This document shows positions 40,960 to 49,089 of a stretch of DNA of 64,000 nucleotides, piece by piece. The notes under the pieces are model-generated. The model searched no databases. It had not been told where the DNA came from and saw nothing but the letters and a program-made list of their open reading frames with translations. The stretch is from the NCBI GenBank assembly GCA_036841525.1, contig DAITVZ010000002.1, positions 5,693 through 69,692 of the forward strand. Direction: 5' to 3'. The stretch is from Chloroflexota bacterium (GTDB lineage: Bacteria > Chloroflexota > Anaerolineae > JAAYEA01). Positions within the stretch are counted from its first letter, which is position 1. Each line of letters begins with the position of its first letter. The translations under genes were made by a program, and so were the position numbers.

Positions 40960-41727
40960 CTACCGCAGCGCGAACTCGACCGCCACCACCGCCGTCACCT
41001 TGATCTGGCCCGGAGCCAGCGTGTCATCGCCGGTATAGCCGCTTCCCGCCGCGTTCTGGATGACGTTCTGCGTCATGCCCGAGGCATAGGCCGAACCCCA
41101 CCAGCTGCCATAGCCCGACCACCAGCTCGCCTGCCCCTCGGTGATCTTGAGCGGCTCCCCGATCTCTTGCCCCAGGTCTCCCGCCAGCGCCTCGGCCTTT
41201 TCTCGCGCCGCGGTGATGGCCAGCGCCCGCGCCTCGTCGCGGTGCTTGCGCAGCTCGGTGGTGCGGAACTGGATGCCGTGCACATAGTTGGCCCCCGAGG
41301 CCAGCACATCGCTGAGCAGCGCCTCGAACTGGCTGATGTCCCGCAGCGTCACCACCACCGTCTTGCGCACGAAATAGCCGAGGAAGCTCTGCTTCTCATA
41401 GCTGTCCCGATAGCGCGGCTCGATGCTGATGTGGTCGATCTGCACCAGCTTGGGCTCGATGCCATATCGCTCGGTCAGGTCGAGAACCGCGGCCACGCGC
41501 TGATCGTTCTCGGCCTTGGCCTCCTCCAGGTCCATGTTGGAGGTCTCCACGCCCAGCGTCAGGATCACTTCATCCGGCACGACGCGCACCTCCGCCTCGC
41601 CGCTGACGCTGATGCTCCGTCCCGAACTCGCCGGCTTGTCCATGTTGACGGTGCAGCCAGCCAGGGCCAGCGCCGCCACCGCCAGGCCCACCCATGCCCA
41701 CCGCGTCCAGCTCGTTGTGTGTCCCAT
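40960..41727 (-). CDS. SIMPL domain (DUF541) lipoprotein
   Basis: Signal peptide plus lipobox (LAGC) and SIMPL-family blocks (ISVSGEAEVRVVPDEV...TLGVE..., QASWWSGYG). Confidence 0.8.
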   Translation of the reverse strand: MGHTTSWTRWAWVGLAVAALALAGCTVNMDKPASSGRSISVSGEAEVRVVPDEVILTLGVETSNMDLEEAKAENDQRVAAVLDLTERYGIEPKLVQIDHISIEPRYRDSYEKQSFLGYFVRKTVVVTLRDISQFEALLSDVLASGANYVHGIQFRTTELRKHRDEARALAITAAREKAEALAGDLGQEIGEPLKITEGQASWWSGYGSWWGSAYASGMTQNVIQNAAGSGYTGDDTLAPGQIKVTAVVAVEFALR

Positions 41728-41849
41728 GTCACCCTCCTATCCAACTCTCGACCCTGCGTCCATTGTCCACCTATAGGCTCGTGGGAGCAACTTGGCGCTC
41801 TGCGACCTTTGCGTACACTGTATGGCATCGCAGCCAGGAGGAACCCGCC

Positions 41850-43019
41850 ATGCCGACCAGCCTCAAGACCCTATCCACCCATAGCCCGGCCCTGGATACG
41901 TTGCTGGAAAAGCACCGCGCCTTCTGGCGGCGTGACGCCAAGGGCTTTCTGCGCGCCGTGAGCGTGTTTGCGCCCTCGGAGCCCTCCCGGCTGCCCCAGC
42001 GCGACGGCCGCGCCATAACCCAGGCCGCGCGCTTGACCCCCGACATGTTCGATGTGGGCTTGCTTATCGACGACGTGCTGGCCTGGGATCCCTCCCAGAA
42101 CGACCCGCTGCTCGCCGCCAGGCAGCAGGTGCTAGCCTTCCCTGGTGTGGGCGACCTGTTGCCGCTCAGCCGCGCCTTTTTCAAGATCCCCTGGCTGGAG
42201 GCGATGCTTGGCTGCCCCATCACCATGACCGAAGGGCAGATTTGGGTCGGCCACTATGAGGGCACAGCCGAGGACGCCATCCGTCGCGGCGTCCATTTCG
42301 AGGGCAATCCGTGGTTTCAGCTTTATGTCGAGTTTTTGCATCAGCTTCAGGCTCGCCTGGAGCCCCGCTACCTAGCCTCGGCCAACACGCTGCTCCGCGG
42401 CACCTGCGACCTGGTCGCCGCCATCCTGGGGGTGAAGGAAGCCTGCGTCGGCTGGATCGAGCAGCCGCGACTCATGGCCCGCCTCTTGCGCGTCTGCACC
42501 GATGCCAACCTGGCTGTGATCGAGGCCGGGCGCAAGGCGCTGCGCCCCTTCCAGGGCGGCTACATGAGCGCTTTTGGCGTCTGGGCGCCCGAATACGTGG
42601 TTCGCACCCAGGCTGACCACTCCACCCTGCTCTCGCCGCGCATGTACCGTGAGCAGATCCTCCCCTTCGACCGCGAGGTGATCGCCGCCGCGCCGCACTG
42701 CATCTTTCACATCCACAACAACGGCTACCACATCGCCCCAGACCTGGTGCAGGTCCCCGAACTGGACGCCATCGAGGTGGTGGTGGACCCCTATCCCACC
42801 GGTGCGCGCAAGGCGTACGAGATCGTGATGATGCAGATGATCCTGCAACACAAGGCGTTGCTGATCGACGGAAACTTTCCCAGCTATGAGGAAGCGGAGT
42901 GGGTGCTGGCCCAGTTGGATAGGCGCGGCCTGTACTATAACGTGCAGCTCTCCGCCGAGACGCTGTCTGCTCTACCAGAGGGCGCGCCGCATAGCGAGAT
43001 GTGGCTACTTGAGGAGTGA
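41850..43019 (+). CDS. URO-D superfamily protein (MtaA/CmuA-like)
   Basis: LLSPRMYREQILPF and HIHNNGYHIAPDLVQVPELDAIEVVVD blocks shared with the other URO-D-like paralogs. ATG at 41850 with AGGAGG ribosome-binding site; the tool ORF has a spurious upstream extension. Confidence 0.7.
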   Translation: MPTSLKTLSTHSPALDTLLEKHRAFWRRDAKGFLRAVSVFAPSEPSRLPQRDGRAITQAARLTPDMFDVGLLIDDVLAWDPSQNDPLLAARQQVLAFPGVGDLLPLSRAFFKIPWLEAMLGCPITMTEGQIWVGHYEGTAEDAIRRGVHFEGNPWFQLYVEFLHQLQARLEPRYLASANTLLRGTCDLVAAILGVKEACVGWIEQPRLMARLLRVCTDANLAVIEAGRKALRPFQGGYMSAFGVWAPEYVVRTQADHSTLLSPRMYREQILPFDREVIAAAPHCIFHIHNNGYHIAPDLVQVPELDAIEVVVDPYPTGARKAYEIVMMQMILQHKALLIDGNFPSYEEAEWVLAQLDRRGLYYNVQLSAETLSALPEGAPHSEMWLLEE

Positions 43020-43040
43020 TCGCGAAACGAGGCGGCGCGG

Positions 43041-44042
43041 CTAGGCGTGCGCCCGCGCCTCCTCGATGAGCGCCAGCATGTTAGCAATGGGCACGTCGCT
43101 CTGGATCGCTTGCGCCGGCGAGGTGATGTACCCGCCGCCACGGCCCATGCGAGAGACCACCTCGCGCACCTCTGCACGCACCTGCGCCGGCGTGCCAAAG
43201 GGCAGGGTCTGCTGCGTGCTGATCCCGCCCCAAAAGGTCAGCTTGCCGCCGTACCGCTCCTTGAGCCGATAGATGTCCATGCACTCGGGCTGCACGGGGT
43301 TCAGCACGTCCACGCCGATCTCGATCAAGTCGGGCAGGATCGCCTCGATGTTGCCGCAGGAATGCAGCCAGACGTCCTTGCCCTCAGCATGCACCAGATC
43401 GTATTCGCGCTGCTCCCCCGGGGCGATCAGGTCGCGCCACGCGTTGGGTGACATGAGCAGGCCATGTTGCGAGCCCCAGTCGCTGCCCAGCAGGATGCCA
43501 TCGATGCCCTCGTAACCCAGCAGGTTCTCCAGCATGACCATGTTCTTGTCGATGATCTTGTTCAGCATCCGCCGCGCAAAGTCCTTGTGCCCGCCAATGT
43601 CGCCCAGGAAATTCTCGATCCCGCGCGCGCTGTTGGCCTTCTCAAAGTGGCTGCCATAGATCATCACCAGCACGTAGCAACTGGTCTCTTCTTTCAGGCG
43701 AATCAGCTCTTCCTGATAGGCCGTATAGCTGCCGTGGCCACGCGTCTTAGGCAAGACCACCGGGTCATCAAAGTCCCGGTAACTGGCGGGGATATCGTGC
43801 CAGCCCCACCAAGGCGCCGAGATCGCGTGCACATGGTTGCCCATCGCCACGGACAAGTCGGCCCCGGGAAAGTGCGGGGCGACGATCTCTTGGGCGTCGC
43901 GCGTCAGGTTGATAAAGTAGGGCACATGGCCGATCTCCTGGTGCGCGATCGCCGCCTGGACCACCTGCCTGCGTGTCAACACGATGTAGCTGCCTCCCGT
44001 TGTCTGGTCGCCCTGCCGATCAGCGCTTGCACAGCTCTTCAT
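43041..44042 (-). CDS. URO-D superfamily protein (MtaA/CmuA-like)
   Basis: VLTRRQVVQAAIAHQEIGHVPYF N-terminus, LLMSPNAWRDLIAP and HSCGNIEAILPDLIEIGVDVLNPVQ blocks. The first ATG overlaps the upstream gene by 23 nt, so the true start may lie downstream. Confidence 0.75.
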   Translation of the reverse strand: MKSCASADRQGDQTTGGSYIVLTRRQVVQAAIAHQEIGHVPYFINLTRDAQEIVAPHFPGADLSVAMGNHVHAISAPWWGWHDIPASYRDFDDPVVLPKTRGHGSYTAYQEELIRLKEETSCYVLVMIYGSHFEKANSARGIENFLGDIGGHKDFARRMLNKIIDKNMVMLENLLGYEGIDGILLGSDWGSQHGLLMSPNAWRDLIAPGEQREYDLVHAEGKDVWLHSCGNIEAILPDLIEIGVDVLNPVQPECMDIYRLKERYGGKLTFWGGISTQQTLPFGTPAQVRAEVREVVSRMGRGGGYITSPAQAIQSDVPIANMLALIEEARAHA

Positions 44043-45081
44043 AGACCTGCTGGTAATACAGCACCGCGTCCACCGGCGTGTTCGGGGGGATGTGGTTCCC
44101 CACGGCCAGGAAATAGCCGGGGCAGCGCTTCCCGATCGACATACACCGCTCTACCTCGGCGCGGATGGCGGCCTTGTCGCCGCCTAGCAGGATGCGGGTA
44201 TCGGCATTGCCGATGAAAAAGTGCGTGCGTCCATATCTCTCGGCGATATACCCCATGTCGGTGGTCGGCTCCATCACGAACCCGCTGATCCCGCAGGCGG
44301 CGATATCGTCGATGAACATCGTATAGTTGCCATCCGAGGTGAAGGCGATCTTTTTGCCGGACTCGACCAGCGGCGCAAAGAGCTTCTTATAGTTGGGAAA
44401 GATGTACTCCCGATACCACTTGGGCGAGATGAAGGGCCCCGCGCTCCAGACGATGTCGTCGTGCACCATGACCATGGGCAGGTCCGCCGCGCCCAGGGCG
44501 TCATAGTACTGCTGTATCCACCGCGCATAGCGGTTCGCCACCTCGCCAAAGGCGACGGGATCGGTCCCCGCCGCCAGCAGCAACAGGTCCCACCCAAAGA
44601 GGCCGATCATCCCCGAGATCATGGTGATATAGACGCCGGTCATGTTGACCTGATTGGGGTTGTTCCGCGCATTGCGGGCATAGGCCTCCTCGAAGCGCGC
44701 CTTGAGCTCGCCCAAATCCTTCTGCCCCAGCGACTCCCAGGGATCGAAGCGCAGCACGTCCTCGGGCGTCTGAAAGTGGGGGCTGGCCCTGGGTATCCGC
44801 CAGTCCACCCCACCCGCCGCATAGACCGCATGGCCCATATCCGTATAGTACTCGCCCAGTTCCCCGTGGCTGATCAGCGTGGACCAGGCAAAGTCGAAAT
44901 CCCAGGCCCGCTCGAGCGCCCGCCCGGCCCGCTGCTTTTTCACCTGCGAGCTCTCCGGGCCTGCTTTGATCCCCGTTACGGCCTCGATGACCCCCCAGTG
45001 CGTGGTCACCGAGTACTCGGTGTGCGGCACCCTCGCCGGCATTTCCAGGTTGATCGCGGCCCATCCATCTTGATAGGACAT
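44020..45081 (-). CDS. URO-D-like superfamily protein
   Basis: N-terminus WAAINLEMPARVPHTEY matches the URO-D-like N-terminal pattern. FISPKWYREYIFP is similar to the LSPRMYRE block of the paralogs. 353 aa. Confidence 0.6.
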   Translation of the reverse strand: MSYQDGWAAINLEMPARVPHTEYSVTTHWGVIEAVTGIKAGPESSQVKKQRAGRALERAWDFDFAWSTLISHGELGEYYTDMGHAVYAAGGVDWRIPRASPHFQTPEDVLRFDPWESLGQKDLGELKARFEEAYARNARNNPNQVNMTGVYITMISGMIGLFGWDLLLLAAGTDPVAFGEVANRYARWIQQYYDALGAADLPMVMVHDDIVWSAGPFISPKWYREYIFPNYKKLFAPLVESGKKIAFTSDGNYTMFIDDIAACGISGFVMEPTTDMGYIAERYGRTHFFIGNADTRILLGGDKAAIRAEVERCMSIGKRCPGYFLAVGNHIPPNTPVDAVLYYQQVYEELCKR

Positions 45082-45107
45082 GTGAGTGAGTACCTCCTGT
45101 GGCTAGT

Positions 45108-46367
45108 TCACTGCGGACCAGGGGTGCGCAGCACCTCTTCCATGGCGATCTCGGCCCATTCCCAGAGGCGTTTCGGCTGGTAGCGCACCGTGGAGATGTC
45201 CTTCATGATCACCTCGACGTTGCACCCGCGTGACTTGTCCAGCGCCTCGCGCAGCATCTTGCGCGCCAGGCCGGGACGCCAATCGTCCTCGGCCAGCAAC
45301 GCCGGCGTGGGCTTGTAGGAGAACACATAATCGCGCCCGATCTCGCGCGCGCCGCGGGCCACGTCCACCCAGGGGCTCATGGAGACCTTGCGCAGGTTGG
45401 GGATGCGCCTAAGGATGCCCATCTTGATGTCCAGCGGCTCGCAGCAGCCATAGTAGGTCAGGCCCCAGCGCTCCAGCCAGCGCATCTCGTGCCGCAGGGC
45501 GAACTCCCAGTGCTGCTCCGGCGACACTCCCGAGAAGATCTGGGCCGTGGCGCAGCCCCAGAGGTTGTGCGGCAGGGGGTGGGCGGCGTCATAGGGCGAG
45601 CCGGGCAGCTCGCGGGTATAGCCGTAGGCTCCGGAACCGATGCGCGTATTGTCGTCGTTGCGCGTGAGCAAGTTGAGCGACACCCACTGCTCCAGCTCGG
45701 CCATGTAGGCGTCCACCAGCCGCGCCATGATGGCGTTGACCATCTCGGGACGCAGCACCAGGTCCATCATCGCCTCGGTCACGCCCCACCAGCGGATCAG
45801 CTCATCCCAGGGGGCGAACCAGCGCCCCTTGATTCCCACCTTGCGCACCGGCATAATGTCGCCAAAGAGCTCGACCATGGCCTGGTAGCGCTCCTCGGTC
45901 GCGGCCACCTCGTGGGTCACCACCGGCGTCTTGATCTTGACGATATCCTCCGGCTCGACGATTTGGCGGTGAAAGTGTCTGGAGACGACGCTGCTGGTCG
46001 GGTCCGTGCGGGCGATATCCACATCTTCGGTGAGGCCCAGCCCGGTGCTGCGAATCTGCAGGGGACACGAAAGGTAGCCGTCCACCACCATGTCGCACGG
46101 AAAGTGACGCCATTGGTAGAGCAGTCGCCGCAGGCCCTGCTCCAGCTCGCGCGCCCAGGGGTCGGCGCAGCGCAAGGTCAGCTCGTCATCGGCGCTCATC
46201 TCGTTCCAGCAGACCTCGTTGATCCAGACCAGCGGGCGGACCGGCTCCAGGTCGTTGAGCCGGCGCCATAGCTCCGCCTTCTCCCGGTGCACTGGCAGCC
46301 CCGCGATTCCGGCCTGCTGCTCGGCCAGGCGACATAGGATGTCTCGGTCCTCTTGTGGGATCCTCAT
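45108..46367 (-). CDS. distant URO-D-like / methyltransferase-fold hypothetical protein
   Basis: 419 aa. The C-terminal YYGCCEPLDIKMGILRRIPNLRKVSMS resembles the HxCG...L..L...G.D block of the MtaA/URO-D fold. Clustered with three URO-D-like genes. Assignment is tentative. Confidence 0.45.
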   Translation of the reverse strand: MRIPQEDRDILCRLAEQQAGIAGLPVHREKAELWRRLNDLEPVRPLVWINEVCWNEMSADDELTLRCADPWARELEQGLRRLLYQWRHFPCDMVVDGYLSCPLQIRSTGLGLTEDVDIARTDPTSSVVSRHFHRQIVEPEDIVKIKTPVVTHEVAATEERYQAMVELFGDIMPVRKVGIKGRWFAPWDELIRWWGVTEAMMDLVLRPEMVNAIMARLVDAYMAELEQWVSLNLLTRNDDNTRIGSGAYGYTRELPGSPYDAAHPLPHNLWGCATAQIFSGVSPEQHWEFALRHEMRWLERWGLTYYGCCEPLDIKMGILRRIPNLRKVSMSPWVDVARGAREIGRDYVFSYKPTPALLAEDDWRPGLARKMLREALDKSRGCNVEVIMKDISTVRYQPKRLWEWAEIAMEEVLRTPGPQ

Positions 46368-46423
46368 GCTCCGCCCTCACCTCCCGCGACTTGGCCGCAG
46401 TATAGCCGGATCGCCCCAGAAGC

Positions 46424-46457
46424 AAAAACGGGCGCCGCGATGATCGCAGCGCCCGTT
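46424..46457 (-). terminator. rho-independent terminator on the minus strand after the permease gene (about 15-bp stem AACGGGCGCCGCGAU / AUCGCAGCGCCCGUU, then U5)
   Basis: Long inverted repeat with one mismatch at 46427-46457. The minus transcript continues UUUUUGCUUC (complement of 46421-46426). Begins 19 nt after the stop. Confidence 0.65.
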
Positions 46458-46475
46458 CAGCTCGCGGCCTGGCCG

Positions 46476-48752
46476 CTAGCGTCCGTTGCCCTCAGCCTCC
46501 TCGGCGACCACATAATCCTCTTCGTCTTCGATGGCCTTGATCTGGCGGCGCAGCCAAGAGACGGCCACCGGCTCGTAGCGCCGGCACAGCAGCACCGAGC
46601 AGGGAGCCTGCTCCGCCACCCAGTCATCCACGGAGCCAAAGAGTCGCGTGCTCAAGGACCACTCCTCGGAGGCGCCCAGTACAACCAGGTCATACGGCTC
46701 GCTGCGCGCCTCGGCCAGAATGCCCTCGGGCAACGACGCGCTCTCGCGCACACGCAGCGACACCCATGGCGGAACTTGTCCCAGAACCTCCTCGATCACC
46801 TCCGTCAGCAAGGCGGTCTTGTCCTCTAGCTCTTCCTGCAGTTCATCCTGGTCTGCCCGCGCGGACGGGCGCACAAGCCGCAGCGCGGTCACCTGGGCTC
46901 CCTTGGCCAGCGCGATCTCATAGGCGAGGCGCACCGCCAGGCGCGCATGCGTCGAGCCACCGATGGGGACGAGGATCTGCCGGACATCGTTCAGGCCGCG
47001 ATCCAGCAGGACCGCCACGTTCGTGGGCGCCCTCTGCAGCACGGCTTTCACCGGGTTTTCCGCCAAGGCTTCCCCCTTGAGGGGGCCTGGCCACCCCGCG
47101 AGCAGCAGCTTGACATTGTTGCGATTGCGCAGCTCCGCTAGTATTCCCTCGGCGATGGTGCGGGCGCTGCGCAGCTTGGTGTAGACGGCCAGGTTGTTCT
47201 GCAGGGCATAGGTGGATACCTCGGCCAACAGGGCCTTCTGCTGGTCCTTGGCTTGTCGAACGACCTGCGGCCCTCGCCTCCTCGATGATGGCGCCTTGTA
47301 CACCGAAAGGACGCACGCATAGGTATCCTCGCTGGCCTCGGCAAAAATCGCCGCCAGGCGCACCAGCGCCTGAGCCGTCTGGGGATGAGCCGCGGCGATG
47401 AGCAGCCGGTCCCTGGCCGGCTCGGCGCTCTTGAGCACCGAGGCAGTCCAGGTCGAGACCTTTGGGCCCAGGATGCGCAGCAACGTAAGGAGGACGAGCA
47501 ACACGGCCCCGAAAAGGATCGCGCGCCAGTCCGCAAAGGCGATGATCAGCACGCAGGCGACCCCTGCCGCGTACACGGTCCATGGGTAGAAGGGCACCTT
47601 GAACGGCCGCTTCAGGTCGGGGTGCAACTTCCTCAGGCGGATGAGCGACAGGCTGCCCCAGAACAGCACGAACAGATACCCAGAGCTCGAGATATAGCTC
47701 AGCAGGTCGACCAGGCCGATGAGAGCGACCAGTGCGCTGACTGCGCCGACGACGATTACGGCCACGTAGGGCGTGCGAAACCGGCTGAGCCTGGAGAACG
47801 CGCGCGGCCAGACCCGGTCGCGCCCCAGCGTGAACGCCTCGCGAGTGGCGCTGAGCATGGCCGAGTTGATCGTCGTGATAGTCGCGATGATGCCCAGCAC
47901 GGCCATGATCGCCACACCTATTCCTGGGGCAAAACGTGCGGCAGCGTCGGTCAGCGCCGTCTCCGAGCCAGCCAGCTCTTGCCAGGGAACGGTCCCCTGG
48001 GTCACCAGGGAGACGGTCATATAGATCACGGTTACCAGCGTCAAGCTCGTCAGGATGCCCACGGGGATTGCCCGGTCGGGGTTCTTGATCTCTTCGGCGT
48101 CATCGACGATCACCTCGAACCCCACATAGGCGTTGTAGAGGAGCGCCACGGTGGCGAGCATGGCGGCAAGATTGCGCCAGAGGCCGTCAAAGACGAAGAA
48201 CCTGCCCTCGGGGATGAAGACGTCCCAGGCAAAGCCATGGGGGCTCGCGAAGCCAGCGATGATATACCAGCCAAAGCCCACCAGCAGCAAGCCGCCCAGG
48301 ATGATCTGCGCGTTTCCGACCTTGGTCACGCCGAGGATGTTCAACACGGTGAAAACCAGGATGATCGCGATGGCGGTGGGGACAATGGGCAATCCTGGAA
48401 GAAAGACCCGCAAGGAGTAGGCAAAGCCAACTCCGGAGAGCGCCGCGTAAAAGGTGCTGGAGAGGCAGTCCATGGACCCCGTGAGGTAGTGGAGCAAGCC
48501 GGTGCCATAGGCCTCCCGCACGTAGCTCATGGCCCCGCCCGCTTCTGGGAACGCGGTCCCCAGCTCGCAATAGTTGATGGCCACGGCGTAGCTGAGCACG
48601 CCGCCAATAAGCAGCGCCAGGATGGCGGCCGGCCCGGCCATGCCCGCGGCATGGCCCGTGAGCACAAAGATCTCCGCAGCGATGGTGCCCGCCGCGCCCA
48701 ACATAATCACTTGAGGCAGGCCCAACTGCCTCCTCAACCTGCGGCCACTCAT
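46476..48752 (-). CDS. APC-family amino acid permease fused to two C-terminal universal stress protein (UspA) domains
   Basis: About 12 TM spans with APC-like blocks (PEAGGAMSYVREAYG). The C-terminal roughly 290 aa carry two Usp-like alpha/beta units (VLLDRGLNDVRQILVPIGGSTHA; DLVVLGASEEW). Start at the second Met (MSGRRL), 87 nt inside the tool ORF. Confidence 0.8.
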   Translation of the reverse strand: MSGRRLRRQLGLPQVIMLGAAGTIAAEIFVLTGHAAGMAGPAAILALLIGGVLSYAVAINYCELGTAFPEAGGAMSYVREAYGTGLLHYLTGSMDCLSSTFYAALSGVGFAYSLRVFLPGLPIVPTAIAIILVFTVLNILGVTKVGNAQIILGGLLLVGFGWYIIAGFASPHGFAWDVFIPEGRFFVFDGLWRNLAAMLATVALLYNAYVGFEVIVDDAEEIKNPDRAIPVGILTSLTLVTVIYMTVSLVTQGTVPWQELAGSETALTDAAARFAPGIGVAIMAVLGIIATITTINSAMLSATREAFTLGRDRVWPRAFSRLSRFRTPYVAVIVVGAVSALVALIGLVDLLSYISSSGYLFVLFWGSLSLIRLRKLHPDLKRPFKVPFYPWTVYAAGVACVLIIAFADWRAILFGAVLLVLLTLLRILGPKVSTWTASVLKSAEPARDRLLIAAAHPQTAQALVRLAAIFAEASEDTYACVLSVYKAPSSRRRGPQVVRQAKDQQKALLAEVSTYALQNNLAVYTKLRSARTIAEGILAELRNRNNVKLLLAGWPGPLKGEALAENPVKAVLQRAPTNVAVLLDRGLNDVRQILVPIGGSTHARLAVRLAYEIALAKGAQVTALRLVRPSARADQDELQEELEDKTALLTEVIEEVLGQVPPWVSLRVRESASLPEGILAEARSEPYDLVVLGASEEWSLSTRLFGSVDDWVAEQAPCSVLLCRRYEPVAVSWLRRQIKAIEDEEDYVVAEEAEGNGR

Positions 48753-48840
48753 CCAGAGTTCCTCCACTCTCTTGCGCGTGCCGTCCGCAAAGCCGCCAGG
48801 CGGCCCGCCTGCACTTCGCCGCCCCGACCAGCCGGACACG

Positions 48841-49020
48841 CAAAAGGCTCCAAGGCCTCGGCCTGGAGCCAGCAGACACGCCTATGCATCCGCTTCTCTC
48901 ACCGCCGACGGAGTTAGCTGACGGGTTAGGGCTGAAAGCTGCCCCTCTCGCGCTAGCGAGATGCACCCCAATGGTGGTTCCTCCGCTCCCCGGCGCCTTG
49001 TCGGCTGCCCGGGATTAGGC
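48841..49020 (-). ncRNA. cis-regulatory leader RNA with intrinsic terminator; candidate cyclic-di-AMP (ydaO/kimA-type) riboswitch
   Basis: A roughly 330-nt 5' leader on the minus strand. It contains the blocks CCUAAUCCCGGG, CCGGGGAGCGG, GGGGUGCAUC and CCCUAACCCGUCAGCUAACUCCG, reminiscent of the conserved ydaO segments (AAUC, GGGGAGC, GGGGUGAAUC, CUAACCCG). It ends in the terminator hairpin GGCUCCAGGCCGAGGCCUUGGAGCC plus UUUUG at 48841-48870, about 85 nt before the permease start. Confidence 0.4.
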
Positions 49021-49043
49021 ACGCAGACTGTTTCCAGCGATTA

Positions 49044-49072
49044 ACGATACACCCGAACGCCCTAGCCGTCAA
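49044..49072 (-). promoter_or_regulatory. sigma70-like promoter on the minus strand driving the leader RNA (TTGACG-17 nt-TATCGT)
   Basis: Reverse complement reads TTGACG gctagggcgttcgggtg TATCGT. Located just after the upstream gene stop (49090). Confidence 0.45.
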
Positions 49073-49089
49073 ATGCCTCGGCCACCTGC

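Noticed and set aside
48753-49089. T-box leader upstream of the permease
   Set aside because: A GGTGGTTCC-like string occurs only on the non-template (plus) orientation. No specifier-loop or T-box (AATTAGGGTGGNACCGCG) arrangement is present on the minus-strand transcript. The ydaO-like blocks fit better.
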